From Hamiltosporidium tvaerminnensis FI-OER-3-3 (Eukaryota > Fungi > Microsporidia), in NCBI GenBank assembly GCA_022605425.2, contig JAKIMF020000004.1, positions 744,001 through 808,000 of the forward strand: a stretch of 64,000 bases of DNA. The letters are read 5' to 3'. The notes beneath the pieces are model-generated. The model saw only the letters and a list, made by a program, of their open reading frames with translations. It was not told where the DNA came from and ran no database searches. The translations under genes were made by a program, and so were the position numbers. Shown piece after piece: positions 14,724 through 27,923 of the stretch (position 1 is the first letter of the stretch; each line of letters starts with the position of its first letter).

Positions 14724-16034
14724 ATGCGAGAAATAATTTCTATTCATGTTGGACAGGCAGGTGTTCAAATAGGAAATTCATGTTGGGAATTACACTGTAA
14801 CGAACACGGTATTCTACCAAATGGTAGTATTGATCCTAATTCCAACCAAAACGATGTAGGAAGCAGCAGTTCTTTCTTTTCAGAAACCAGTTCAGGAAAT
14901 TATGTTCCTCGAACTGTAATGGTAGATCTTGAACCTGGTGTTATTGACAGTATAAAGAACGGTCCCTACAAAAAATTATATCATCCTTCCCAACTGATCC
15001 ACGGAAAAGAAGATGCCGCCAACAATTATGCTCGAGGCCATTATACGGTTGGAAAAGAAATAATTGAACCTGTGATGGAACAAGTTAGAAAATTGGCAGA
15101 CAATTGTGATGGACTTCAAGGATTTCTAATTTATCATTCCTTTGGAGGTGGAACTGGTTCTGGTTTTGGTGCTTTAGTGATGGACCGACTTTCTACTGAA
15201 TTTGGAAAAAAGTGTAAATTGGAGTTTTGTGTTTATCCAGCACCTCGAGTTTCTACTGCTGTGGTAGAGCCTTACAACAGTATTTTAACTACTCATACTA
15301 CTCTTGATCATTCTGATTGTTCTTTTCTTGTAGATAATGAGGCTATCTACGATATGTGTAGAAATTTAGGAATTGAGAGACCGATGTATGGAGATTTGAA
15401 CAGAATTATTGCACAGGTTGTTTCTTCTGTAACTGCTTCTTTAAGATTTCCTGGGTCTTTAAATGTGGATTTGACAGAATTTCAAACCAATTTAGTTCCG
15501 TATCCTCGTATTCATTTTCCGTTGGCTGCTTATTCTCCAATGCTGAGTAAAGAAAAAGCTTCTCATGAAAGTTTGACGGTCAGTGAAATTGCAGCTGCGT
15601 GTTTTGAACCGCAAAATCAGATGGTGAAATGCAATCCAAAAAATGGAAAATATATGGCGTGTTGTCTGTTATTTAGAGGAGATGTAAAACCCAAGGATGC
15701 TAACCAAGCAGCCACTTTAATAAAAAACAAACGAATAAATCAGTTTGTTGAGTGGTGTCCTACCGGTTTCAAAATAGGAATAAACGATCGACCACCGTTT
15801 ATTTTAGAAGGAAGTTTTATGGCACCAGTGAAAAGAGCCTGTTGTTCTTTAAGCAATACTACTGCTATTTCTGAGGCATGGAAACGATTAAATCATAAGT
15901 TTGATTTAATGTTTGCTAAACGTGCATTTGTTCATTGGTTTGTAGGTGAAGGAATGGAGGAAGGAGAGTTTAGTGAGGCTAGAGAGGATTTGGCTGCTTT
16001 GGAAGAGGATTATATGAGTGTAACACTTGAGTAG
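14724..16034 (+). CDS. TUB1: Alpha-tubulin
   Basis: [55 protein letters not shown] and [16 protein letters not shown] motifs; CCC element upstream (TACCCTTAAAAATG). Confidence 0.98.
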   Translation: MREIISIHVGQAGVQIGNSCWELHCNEHGILPNGSIDPNSNQNDVGSSSSFFSETSSGNYVPRTVMVDLEPGVIDSIKNGPYKKLYHPSQLIHGKEDAANNYARGHYTVGKEIIEPVMEQVRKLADNCDGLQGFLIYHSFGGGTGSGFGALVMDRLSTEFGKKCKLEFCVYPAPRVSTAVVEPYNSILTTHTTLDHSDCSFLVDNEAIYDMCRNLGIERPMYGDLNRIIAQVVSSVTASLRFPGSLNVDLTEFQTNLVPYPRIHFPLAAYSPMLSKEKASHESLTVSEIAAACFEPQNQMVKCNPKNGKYMACCLLFRGDVKPKDANQAATLIKNKRINQFVEWCPTGFKIGINDRPPFILEGSFMAPVKRACCSLSNTTAISEAWKRLNHKFDLMFAKRAFVHWFVGEGMEEGEFSEAREDLAALEEDYMSVTLE

Positions 16035-17578
16035 TCTTTATAGTTAAAGAAATTTATTTCTAAAATTTTTTTATTTATGTTTTAATTTTTTTTATTTATT
16101 CTTTTGTTCTTTTAGTTTGGATTTATTTCTAAAATTTTTTTAATTTTTTTTTATTTATTTTTATTTTTTTTATTTATTCTTTTGTTCTTTTAGTTTGGAT
16201 TTATTTTTATATTTATGTTTTTTATTTATTTATGTTTTTATATTTTTGTTCTTTTATTTTTATTTTTTTTTTATTTTTATTCATATTAGTTTAGATTTAT
16301 TTATATTTATGTTTTTTATATTACTTTATATTTATGTTTTATTACTTTAGATTTATTTCTATTTTGTTTGTATTTTATTTCTATTTTGTTTGGTTTATGT
16401 AAGATTGAATTTATAATTAAGATCTAGATTTATATAAGAGTTTTTTAAAAAAAATTAATTATTTAAACAATTAAATTAAATTTATTTTCTTTTACCCTGA
16501 AAATTTTAGTATGGAAAGAAACCTGAAGGTAAGAATGAATTGAAAGTTAAAAAAAAACATTTTTATATAAATTTAGAAGGTTAAATGATAAAATTATACT
16601 GAAAGATTTGATAATATTTATATAAATTTAATACTTTACTGAATCTTTATAAGTATGTATTATAATAAGAAAAGAACTGTTAAAATATTTGATGGTATAT
16701 TATAATCTGAAATGTAATTTGAATATTGAAATATAATAATTTATATTTTTTGATTTGAATATGAGCTAAGGATATGATTTATAGAGTGTTTTTTTATTTT
16801 CTAAGAATAATACTTAATCTTATTTTTTAATTTGAATATGAAAAATTGTAAAATATTAATTAGAAGACTCAAAATTTAGAAAAAACTTAAAACTAAAGAA
16901 TGGCTTATAAAGAAATTATAAATTGAATAATAAAAATAAAAATAAATTGAATAATTTATGTATGAAAAGAAAATTTAAATTACAATTTAAGAAAATAAAG
17001 AAAAATTTCTGTATTTGAGATAATGAAATTTAAAATGAAACTTTTATAAATGAAAAGATAAAAACGATATATAATTTAACTTTCTATTTACTTACCTAAA
17101 AATAGAAGTTCTAAATTGAAAGACAAATCATTATTTTACGATATTAGGGAATAAATATTATATGAAGGTAGAATAATTATTGGAAACCTTGATTTTTAAT
17201 GAACTTTAATATATAACAAAAATATGTTTGCAATATATATTTGTTAAAGGAATGATTATACTAGACGGCATAATGAAGTAGATAAAAGTTATCTACAAAG
17301 ATCAAATTAAGTACATCGAAAATATGTAAAGTGTTATTCTTTACTTTTTGGTTCTTTATAAGAATATTTAAAAGTCTTTAATGAGATTTCTAAATTAATT
17401 GTGACATATAAGATGAAAGATTTGATACAAATACTCTTTTATTTTTGAAGTAGATGAAAGTTATTTTGTATAAATCTTGGTTTATATAAGATTTAATGCT
17501 TACCTTTCTTGGTAAATTCCTCTTTTTATGTGTTTGGAATCGGGATTATAGGGGATTGGCTTGTAAACCTAATGTATT

Positions 17579-17805
17579 TCATCATCATTCTCGGCACTAC
17601 AGCCCTGCACGAGGCATAGCCGCCCTCTAATACTGTACATCGGTCTTTCTCCAGTAGGTTTGTTTACCATTCGAGTTTCGTAACAAGGGGGTTTTAAAAG
17701 GTAAGTTTCTAACCCAACCTCAGTCTGAGGACCAATTCCTTTTATTCGCCTCTTACGACAAGCAGAGAATAATCCAAGCTAATTTTACTCCCAGCATGGT
17801 GGGAA
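17579..17805 (-). mobile_element. Short non-autonomous RTE-like (bipartite 5'UTR + 3' end) retroposon remnant
   Basis: The minus strand reads CCC..GGGAGTAAAAT..CTGCTTGTCGTAAGAGGCGAATAAAAGG..GGTCCTC..GAGGTTGGG..TTGTTACGAAAC..GGGCTGTAGTGCCGAGAATGATGATGA. These resemble motifs I recall from 5'UTRs and (TGA)n tails of RTE-type LINEs and derived SINEs. It forms a GC island in AT-rich DNA. Confidence 0.6.
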
Positions 17806-17834
17806 AAAATTGGTTAATATCTAAGCAAAATGGC

Positions 17835-17905
17835 ACCAATGAATTTCACACTAATTCTATACACTTAGTGCCAACCAGATAGTTTTTAATGTGCTTATCT
17901 TTTCA
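17835..17905 (-). repeat. Degenerate 5'-end fragment of the ~730-bp structured element
   Basis: CAATGAATTTCACACTAATTCTATACACTTAGTGCCAACCAGATAGTTTTTAATGTGCTTATC aligns with the reverse complement of the element's 5' end. Confidence 0.55.
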
Positions 17906-18764
17906 TCATAGTTGGATTTTATATTTTAATATTTCTTATATAACAGTTCTGAATAGAATGGTGATAAATATAAAAATATGTATTAGCTAATACTTCACAT
18001 TATATAAACTTTAATGTCGTAACATCTTTCGAGGCACCTAAATAAAAGGTATCTTTAATATAGACTCGCTCTATCTTCAAAAATAAAGGATTTGTTAACC
18101 CGTGTAACTAAAGAATTGTTTTAATAAAAGAAGGATTTATTTATACTATTACTCCAGTTCTTTTGATTTATTTCGTCCATCATTTGGGTTTTTAAATAAT
18201 ATATAATTTTATCTTTTATAAGGAAATCGAATAATCCATAATTATGATGTAGAATACTATAATTACTGATTAATTACTTTAATAGTAATTAACAAGACAT
18301 TCGAAATTCTTTCCTTTGATCAAAGAGAATAAAGATATCAAAATCTATACTTGCTTTACAGTTAGTTTGTAAATGTTTTATATGGGCTGGTGTATACTTC
18401 AAATGTACGTAAACTTGAAGGAGGTAGCTGGTTTGAAAATAAAACATTTGAAATATTTATACTCTTGTAACATATAAGACGTTCTTAAATAAAGGATTGC
18501 TTTAAATATTTATAACTTATTTTATAGGCTGTAACTTAAAAATGAGTTGTAAATAAACATATTTATGTTTAGAAAATATTTCATTTTTATTTATTTAATC
18601 ATTTATTTAAATCCTTTTTTAATCTTTTTCTCTTTCAATCCCTATTTTTTTAATTTCTCAACATTTAATATTTATTTCCTATTTAATTCATTTTATCTAA
18701 ATAAATTGTTTTAAAATTTATTTTCATCAATTTAAATTAATACTTTTAAATAGAAAATATTTTT

Positions 18765-19745
18765 TTATTTTTTTATAGTTCTTCGCCCACCTTTATTCTT
18801 ACGTCTCGTTCCTTTATTCTTTTTATTTCCTCGACCACCATTCCTTATTCCTTTGCTATATTTTTCAATCTTAAAATTATTATTAAATTCTTTACCTTTC
18901 ATTCCTCTCATTTCTTTTGTCTTGCCTTTATAGTTTCTAATCTTGTAATTATCTTTGATTTCTTTATTATATTTATTATTGTGTTCTTCTTTACTTTCTC
19001 TTGTATTTTTAAAATCTCTATTATTCTTTAGATTATATTTATTTTCTATATCATTATCATCTTTGCTTTCTCTCTTATTTTTAAAATCTCTATTATTCTT
19101 TAGATTATATTTATTTTCTCTAGCATAATCATCTTTGCTTTCTCTCTTATTTTTAAAATCTCTATTATTTTTTAAAATATCATTCCTTTCTCTAGAATAA
19201 TCATCTTTGCTTTCTCTCTTATTTTTAAAATCTCTATTATTTTTTAAATTATCATTCCTTTCTCTAGAATAATCATCTCTATTTTCTCGGTTCTCTCTTA
19301 TATTTTTATCAATCTTTGAATTTTCTTTGCCTTCTTTATTATATTCTTCTTTACTTTCTCTTATATTTTTAATATTTTTGTTGTTCTTTGAATTTTCTTT
19401 TGAATTTTTCTCTTTTTTTATTTTGAGTTTTTTTGCTTGGTTTTCTTCGATTTTATGGTCATTTAGAGCTTTGAGTGTTTCTTTTTTTGATTCATGAAGC
19501 TTTCTTTTGAAAGGAATACTGGAATCATTTTGTGTGCCAGTTATTTCTTTAAGAAATGAAATTGATCTACTGATTGAAATATTCGTTGGTTTATTTGTTG
19601 TTTTATCGGTTTCTTCTGTTTTTGTCTCTTTTATGGATGGTTTCTTGGTTTCACTAATTTTGTTTAACAAATTTACAATTTGTTTGAGTGAGTGTTTGTA
19701 TATTTTGTTTTCTAAAATTATATCATTGTCCGGTATTCTATTCAT
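18765..19745 (-). CDS. K/N/E/R-rich hypothetical protein with 24-aa tandem repeats; N-terminus weakly Rrp15-like
   Basis: 326-aa ORF with CCCC directly before the ATG. It has 72-bp coding repeats (RESKDDYSRERNDILKNNRDFKNK) at ~18990-19280 and a basic RG-rich C-terminus. The Rrp15 similarity is by eye only. Confidence 0.7.
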   Translation of the reverse strand: MNRIPDNDIILENKIYKHSLKQIVNLLNKISETKKPSIKETKTEETDKTTNKPTNISISRSISFLKEITGTQNDSSIPFKRKLHESKKETLKALNDHKIEENQAKKLKIKKEKNSKENSKNNKNIKNIRESKEEYNKEGKENSKIDKNIRENRENRDDYSRERNDNLKNNRDFKNKRESKDDYSRERNDILKNNRDFKNKRESKDDYARENKYNLKNNRDFKNKRESKDDNDIENKYNLKNNRDFKNTRESKEEHNNKYNKEIKDNYKIRNYKGKTKEMRGMKGKEFNNNFKIEKYSKGIRNGGRGNKKNKGTRRKNKGGRRTIKK

Positions 19746-19818
19746 GGGGAAGAAAAGAAGATTAAAATTTATTTTATTCTTTACTAGAATTATTATGAAT
19801 AAAATATATGAAGAGAAT

Positions 19819-20016
19819 AAAGATTTAAATATATTATTTATTCTTTTTATTTCAAAATGTTATATTTCAAAGTAGAAAAATGCTGAGACTAAAGATTTAA
19901 ATCTATTATTCATCCTTTTTATTTCAAAATATTTCATTTCAAAGTAGAAAAATGCTGAGACTGAAGATTTAAATATATTATTTATTCTTTTTATTTCAAA
20001 ATATTTTATTTCAAAG
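19819..20016. repeat. 72-bp non-coding tandem repeat, ~2.7 copies
   Basis: AAGATTTAAAT.TATTATT.AT.CTTTTTATTTCAAAAT..ATTTCAAAG units start at 19819, 19891 and 19963. Confidence 0.85.
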
Positions 20017-20193
20017 AAAAAACGATATAAATAAAGAAATAAATATTCTTTTTGAAGGACTTATTCTACTGATAATTTAAAATGTATATTTATATCGGTA
20101 TTAAGTCATTAGCAATAAAATTCCGTTTAATACTGAGATATTTTAATACGGAGTATTTATTAATTCTGTTTATTCGCTATTTAGTGTTTAAAA

Positions 20194-20913
20194 CTTTATT
20201 TAAAAGTATCACATCTTTTTAGAATAGTGGCAAGTGTTATATTTGTTTTTATGACATTAACGCCGTTCTAGGTTTAACATAAATGACTGCTACCCCAACA
20301 CTCCATCAGTAACCCCTGCGATACCTACGTCCCAAAGCCTTGCATCTACCAGGTGTGTAGAACCTAATTAATAGGCGAGGCAGTTGCCCGGTGTTCGTTA
20401 ATGTCCGTTGCATGGAGTGTGATCGAAGCCCCCCCTGGTCCCCCCAAGACTATTCAGCATTCCCACTTACTATACACTTTATGGACCCAATAAACTTCTA
20501 GCTAAGATATATTTCAAAGATTTATAAGGGGTCCACCTAGACAGTGCAATGTCATACCAACAGGTATAACCTGCTACTTAGCTCTCCCGGCTTTAAATGG
20601 GCTTATATTTTATATCTCCCAGGCGCTAAGTCTTCTAACCCGAGTGAGCAAGGCTAGCTTTCTATGCTTTTACATGAAAATTAATTACAATTTCAGCTGC
20701 GGTCTGCCATCTGGTTGCATAAAAAACTACAAATAAATTTGTAGAAAAAGTTTCTCCATTTCTCAGACCTCTCCTCCTCATAACAACTCCCATAGAACAA
20801 CCGAAGATGTAGTGTGGTTTTAATCCCACCAAAAATCCAAACAATGATCTCACACCCGTTTCACACACTCATTGTCAAGCAGAAAGTTTTTTATGTGGTT
20901 ATCCTCGCTTCAC
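20194..20913 (-). mobile_element. ~730-bp structured non-coding element, full-length canonical copy
   Basis: The reverse complement of the consensus from CTTTATTTAAAAGTATCACATC to GTGGTTATCCTCGCTTCAC. No clean TSD seen. Confidence 0.95.
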
Positions 20914-23900
20914 CATTCAAAGATTTATAAAGTATATCATAATTTTCAGAGTCTATGAAATATAAATATAAACAAGATACAATAGAATATCTATTTATTC
21001 TTTCAAGAAATATTTGATCAAATAAAGAAAACTATAATAAAAAGATATTTGATTGTGCCAATCGATTTAATAAATCGGGGTAAAGAAATCAATGTGTTTT
21101 TAATGTTTAGTTGGTAATTTTAATTTATCAAATATGTTTTTAAAAAAATGATTCTTTTCATTCTTAATAAAGTAATAAAAATTTATCGAACAACTAGAAA
21201 TCAAATTTATAAAGAAAAGAAACAAAAATTAAGTTTTAATTAGCCTATAATCTTAAATGTTTAAATACTTCTTAGATGCAACTTATTGGATAATCTATGG
21301 GAAAATAAAGTATAAAATATTTAAAAAAAGCCATAAAGTTTAAGGAAAAGTAGTTGTTTGATTTATAAAAAATGTTTTTATTTTCAATACGTTTAAAATA
21401 ATATTAATTTTGTAAAGAAATATTAATTTAAAACTAGAATTGTAATTAAAGCGATTTGATATTGAGTGTAATTATAGAGTTAATTATTTTAAATGCCACT
21501 TTGAATTAAATTTTGGTTACATTAGAGGAAATTATTAATGATATATAATAAAAGAAAAACGTAAACGAGAATCATATATTTTTATGTATTTTTTAAATTA
21601 CTTGGTTTTTAATATGCCATATCGAATGGTTTGTATTCTTATTTAAACAATTTTTGGGTTTCTATCTGTAGATATTTTATTATGGTGTTTATATTGTCTT
21701 TTTTAATTTATTATAAGTTGAAAATTATTTGAACGGAAATAAAAATGAATCTTCTGATGAAAATTAGACTTTTATAAACATATTCATATATCACTTCTAA
21801 AAGCACTGCTTAAAATTCTTGTTTATTTTTGATATTAAGTGTGAAATTATTTTATAATTTGTTTAAATTAGAAGAACATATGAGTATAGGTTATAAATTA
21901 AACAAAAATAATTAGAAATTCTTTGTGAAATTTATATCATGAAAATCTTTGCACTAATATATACGATTCAAAAATCCGCTTTTTGTTGAAATTTTATTCT
22001 CAAATGCTTAAAATACTAATTTATTGCGATTTTAACTTAATACTATTATATTAATTTTATTTATTCAACTTTTATTATCTATTTAATTCAAGTAAATTAT
22101 TTGTTTTATATCATTTTATTCATAATGATTTTCTATAATAAGAGTCTATTTTCTAGATTTAGGCTTTTTCTATTCCACCACCAAGCAAAACTTTCTTACC
22201 AAGCTCGGCATTATGTTTCAATTATAACATTTAAATTTTCTAAAATAATAGACTCGACTTTCTTTGTGATATTATTTGGTAAACGCATGTATTTGCTGAT
22301 ACTGATATTGGAAGCATTCAAAGGTATAGTATAATTATGATATTCTGAAAAAAATATAATTGAAGGAAATTACAGAAGAGATTACTTTAAGATTTCTTCT
22401 AAAAATATAATCTTGCTTGGTTCTTAGTAAATCTTATCTAGTGTATTATTAATCTAAAGCACCAGAAAACAGTTATATATTTCCTCAATATTTTTTAAAG
22501 ATGTGAGACTATTTACTTTTTTTATCTAAACTAGATATATAGACCGATATCTCTAGCTTATATAATGCGTTTTAATTCGGCATCCAGTTTTATTTAATCA
22601 TATCCCCAATCAAGAATTCTTGAAAACGGATTTCTAGCTTTTTTTTAACTCAAAATTTATTTTTAGTTAAAAAAAGGCAAATCTTTATACCAAATTGCCT
22701 TACATTATATAAAAAACCCTATCTTATGTGTTTTTTGACAATATCTACTGCCTATAAAGGCAATTTGTTAAAGAAACATTATCACAAATATATGGTTTGA
22801 TATAAAAGTTTAATCATCATAGATAGACTAACAACAGAACCTTACACTAATCATCTTATTTTTTTTGATGTTTAAGAATATAATTTTAATTACAATTATT
22901 ACTGCCTTAAATTTTATTGCATTTCATTATAGAATTATGTACTTTAAATTGTATAAAGATAAGTATATATGAGCCATTTTTAGTATCTTATAGCGGTGGG
23001 TATATTTAAACCAAATTAAAGGCTTGTTACATGTTAATCTTACTATAGAGTCTGTTCAAATCATTAGAGATAAAATCGTATCTCGATGAATTTCACAAAG
23101 TATAAACGATTCATAGCAATCTTTTTTATAAGAATCCAACTCATTCATATGAAGCAGAAATGGTTTTTATAGGGGAAAAGATCTTATGTGTATGTATATA
23201 TTTAAAAAGGATCTTTAGAAACTAATGCATTTATTGGCGATAAAATTTTGCAAATGTTTCATATATTTTTTCTTAGATTAGGGAAAAAGGCATGCTATAT
23301 AATTTTTTATTATTTAAAAATTGTGCCAAGTTTTATAAAAATAAATCCGCACATTGAAATTGAGATTTATTTGAAACAGATATATTAAAAAAATTAGAAA
23401 TTTTAAATATTTAGATTTATAGTTTATTTTCTTTAGATATAAATAAAATATTTAACATATATATGTGAGACTAGTGTATTCCAAAACTAACGATTTATGA
23501 ATTAATAAATAGATATTGAAAATAAAATAAATTTTCGAAATTCAAAATTTCTTTTTTTAATTCCACTATATAAATCACAAGAAGGAAACCACAATAGGAT
23601 TTATTTAGCAAAATATTAACCCATTTATTTTTGAACAATAAAAAAATATAAGTTTCGAACCAAAAAATATAGAACATTTCTAATTAAATTTTTTGATTCT
23701 ATTTTCTTTCTATAATCTACAATTTAAAATTACAAATATAACGTGAATCTATAATTTTTTTCATACATTTTTCCGTTCAAAAAAAGCTTAAAGTTATATT
23801 ATATTTGATATTTTTTGAAAAATGTTTTTATGATTTATGAGGTATTACAATGTGTTATCAAGAGAAATTATTTACCATTTAGAGACATTTTTTAAAAATT

Positions 23901-23915
23901 ATGAAGTTCGTACCC

Positions 23916-25003
23916 ATGCGAATAAGTTCTTTTGTTTTAACATCTTCATTGCTTTTTAAGCATGCTTATAGCTTGATACATTCGATTTTCTTAACCAAAT
24001 TTATAAATACAAGAATTATGCAACCAAATTTTTGCTTAGTTTCTTGTTTCGGAAACTTTATTTTTACATCGAATCTGCCAACTGAATTAGAAAATATGTT
24101 TTAAGATAATCGTTTTTTTATAAAAAATTATATCAGAAGTGCTATTTCTTTTTATTTTTTATACAATTATTTCTACTGTTGCGATAAAAAAAATATTGAA
24201 ACAAAAAGAATAGAAAGTGTCAAAGAAAAATATATTCAATCAACAAATTCGCGTAAAGACATAAATAAACAGCGAAAAGAAACCCTAATAAAAAAGTTTG
24301 ACATGGATAGGTCAAGCCGCTTAACAAGGCAACGTGTAGATTGTTTTTACCACAGTATGGACTATGTACTTTTAAAGATCATGTTCGAAATCGAAAACAA
24401 ACTGGTATACGATCGACTATTAATTATTTCGTTCATAGCGATCTGTCTTAATAATCGCGAATTTATCAATCATATTAAATACAAGTTATCACCTAGCAAA
24501 AAACTTCCGTAGAAGGAGTAGAAAAGCCAGAATTATCTCTTTTCAACCAACAAGTTGAAACATTTGATGCAAGTGGTGTTAAAATATGCAAAGATATGAC
24601 AGTTAAAGAGTTAAAGAATAGATTTTTAACTAAATTTCCAAATTACGATTTAATGATGTTTAAAAATATTTTTTTTGACAAAGCAGATTCTCTAATACCA
24701 GTATTGGACGAATTAAAAAATGAAATAGCACGATTTGTTTTAAATGAAATCTCTAATGATGATAGCATAATGGTAAATTGTCTGGTTAAATTCTTTACCG
24801 AAACTAAAGGAATAGCTCCAGTGCGTTTATCCTCTAATTCTTGGAAAGACGATATGAATTTAGGAATCGTTTCTAGTGATTATAGCGGATTATTATATAA
24901 AAATCTAGATAAACTTATTTCAAATAATATCTTAAAGTGGTACAAGTCAGAAACGTTTAGAACCTTATTTGCGAACATTATATTTAATTTCATCAATGGT
25001 TAA
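23916..25003 (+). pseudogene. Disrupted member of the secreted-protein family
   Basis: CCC-ATG start at 23916 (MRISSFVLTSSLLF). In-frame TAA at 24102-24104 where the intact paralogue has GAA, and a frameshift near 24500. Later pieces (FPNYDLMMFK, SSDYSGLLY) align with 31778-32923. Confidence 0.85.
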
Positions 25004-25620
25004 ATAAGATGCATAACTAGAAATTGAACTCATAATGTGGAGAGTCATTCTAAAATATCAAGCCAATCTTAATAACATGGTTACAAATATTTATAATGAG
25101 TCTATATTTTCAATTTTTCTTTAATAGTACAAACTCATCGATAAAATTTTAAAAATAAATGAATAAATCTGTATTTTAGACGACTAGTTTTTGTTTTGAT
25201 TTAAATTAAATCTAGTCGAAATATATTTAATCTTCTACATTAACGCATTAAAAAAATGTAATTATAAAGGTAAAAAATTTAAATATAATAAAACACAGAT
25301 AGTAGATAAATTTTTTATCTTTTGCAAACGAAAAAGATCATTTTAAAGGTTTATTCATATTTGATTTAATTGTAGCAAATTTCTTTGTTTCAAAGTGTAA
25401 ATTATAGTCCTTGCCTTGTTTGTATTGCTTCTTTTGTTTAAAATTATATTTGCAAGACACTATAATATCAAAATTAAACTGGATCATTTCTTTAATCCAT
25501 CAAATGTATAAAAAATATTTTTTAATGATTAATCTTATGTTTTTTTATGTTTACCTGCAAAAAATACTGTGATAGCTTATACCTCAAAAAGAACGTTTAA
25601 AATTTGTAAAATAATTTATT

Positions 25621-26343
25621 TTCTTATAAAAATACTACATCATAATATGTAAGTGGCATAAATTATATTTTTTTTCATGAAATTAGCACTGATCTTGTTT
25701 GATATATTTAACTACACACCTAACACTCTGTAGGTATTTCCCATGGCACCTTCATCCCAAAGCTTTCAAATAAAGAAGTTTTGACCTGTTCAACGAGGTG
25801 TTTAGTTGCCTAAAGTTCTTTAATATCTGTTATCTGGAATTTGATCGCATAACGAAACTCAAATCTGATTCATTAAAGCAGAAAAAGATTCCTGGATTTT
25901 CTAGACTGGGTGGGCCAATGGACTTCTAGATAAGATATATCTCGGTGACATACAAGAAATCTATCTTGCAATCCAACGCCATATTAATATTAAAAACCTG
26001 CTACTTAGAAGTCCTGGCTTTAGAAAGGGTATGTTTTTTCTTGTATCACACAGTCGCTAGGTCTTCGAGCCCAAGCGATTTAAGCTAGATTTTCATGCTT
26101 TTACATGGAAAATACCTAAAAGTTCGTATACAGTCTTCAATCTAGTTACATAAAAAAACTAAAAACTTGTTTGTGAAAAGAGTTTTCACTATTTTGTAGA
26201 TTTCTCTCAAATATAAATTTCTATTGAAAACCCGGAAATGCAGTTTGGTTCTATTTTTCAAAAAACTCAAACAATGATTTTTGCATCAATTACACATTAA
26301 AATTACCAAAGAGATTGGATTAAGTTGGTATCCCTTCCCCACT
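25621..26343 (-). mobile_element. Old, degenerate copy of the ~730-bp structured element
   Basis: Colinear motifs: TCCCAAAGC, AGTTGCC, ACTTCTAG.TAAGATATAT, ACCTGCTACTTAG, CATGCTTTTACATGG, GTTACATAAAAAAACT, TATCCCTTCCCCAC. Confidence 0.8.
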
Positions 26344-26777
26344 TCCTTTTTTTTTATTTTTTCTCTATAGAACAAATTTCTATTTACTCAATAAATATCA
26401 CTTTTTTTTTGTAAAAACGTTTTATAAATTTGTAATTATTTGTTAAAAACAGATTCGAAAAGGGTTAATTAAATAAATCTATTTTTGATAAAAGAAGAAG
26501 ATGTGATAACATTAAATTACCAAAGTATATTTTTTATGTAGCATAGTTTTTGTTTTGGAACATAATGAGCAAGCAGATTAACTTGGTGAATGAGATTTAA
26601 TTTGGCTTAGTTTACTTTCTCGTGAATTATGAAAGAATTGCAATCAGAAATTTCTGTAAAATTTTTCTTTCTATAATTTTTTTTTTAAGGATATATTCGA
26701 ACAAAAATCATTATAAATTCTCTAAATATGTGTCTAAGAATAATTATTTGCTTAAAAAAGATATTAAAAAAAATACC

Positions 26778-27923
26778 ATGCAAATTAATTTCTTTTTTTT
26801 AGCAGATTTGTTGCTTTTTAAAAAATTATTTAAAGTCCAGACACTCAAAAAACTTAAATAAATTTAATATCACACTAATGATGCAATCGACTTTTCGCTT
26901 ACATATTTATTTCAAAAGGTCTGTTTATACATTGAATCTGTCAGCTGAAATAAAAAATAGGTGTGAAGATGATCGTTTTTTTATAAGAAACTATCTAAGA
27001 AGTGCTATTTCATTTTATTTTTTATATAATTATTTTTACAGTGGCGAAGACGAGATGATAGAAGAAAAGAGAAGAGAGTGTGTAAAAAAAAATTATATTC
27101 AAAAACCGACATAAATGAACAAAGAAAAACGGTTTTATTGAACAAATTTGAGATAGATTGGCCATCTGTATGAATAAAATATCATGATACTTCTTTTTAC
27201 GAGAGTATGGGTCATGCACTTATAAAGTTAATGGTTAGATTCGAAGAGCAACTGAAATACGACCGATTATTATATTTGTCCTTTGAAGCATCCTTATTAA
27301 ATCACCCTGGATTTTTAAATCGAATCAAATCCAACTTATTACTTGCTAAAACTCATATTGCAACATTAAAAAGCCAAAATCATAGATATATGAAGCAAGA
27401 CACTAAAAAATATAATTCTCAAGTTGTTGAAAGCAATAGAGACTTAAAATCGGAAGAGTAAAATAGGAGATTTCTAAAGGGTATTCAAAATTATGACTTG
27501 ATTCATTTAAAAAAGATTTATTATATGAACGAAGTTTTCCCGATAAACATATTTAACCAATTAAAGAATAAAATAACAGAATTTGTGTTAAGTAAAATCT
27601 CTAAAGATGATAGTATAATCGTTAATTGTTTCGCTGATGCCTTTTCCAATACTGAGAGTTTAATTCCATATGGTATTAATTGCGGGTCTAATGGGTACTT
27701 ATCGATATCTAAACTCATTTCTAATGATTATGGCGAAGAATTATATAGGATTTTAGAAGCTCAAATCTTACAGAATATCTTAAATTGGTACGAGTCAAAA
27801 GAATTTAGAAATTTATTTTATGATGTTTTACGTTTTTCGATACGTTATTTGAAAATCGATTCAGGCAATAAAAAAGAAAATCGACATGAGGAAAGTCATT
27901 CGTATAACATAAAACGAATCTAG
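26778..27923 (+). pseudogene. Disrupted member of the secreted-protein family
   Basis: MQINFFFLA start at 26778. Pieces 26878-27114, 27207-27461 and 27498-27923 align in order with 31778-32923 (SAISFYFLYNYFY, LKYDRLLY, AKTH, ISNDYG) across frameshifts and stops. Confidence 0.85.

Noticed and set aside
20308-20345. Twister-like TAACCCCTGC..GTCCCAAAGCC on the element's antisense strand
   Set aside because: The P4 flanks do not pair, there is no downstream GAG/P2' segment, and it lies on the strand disfavoured by the G-U/UUCG evidence.
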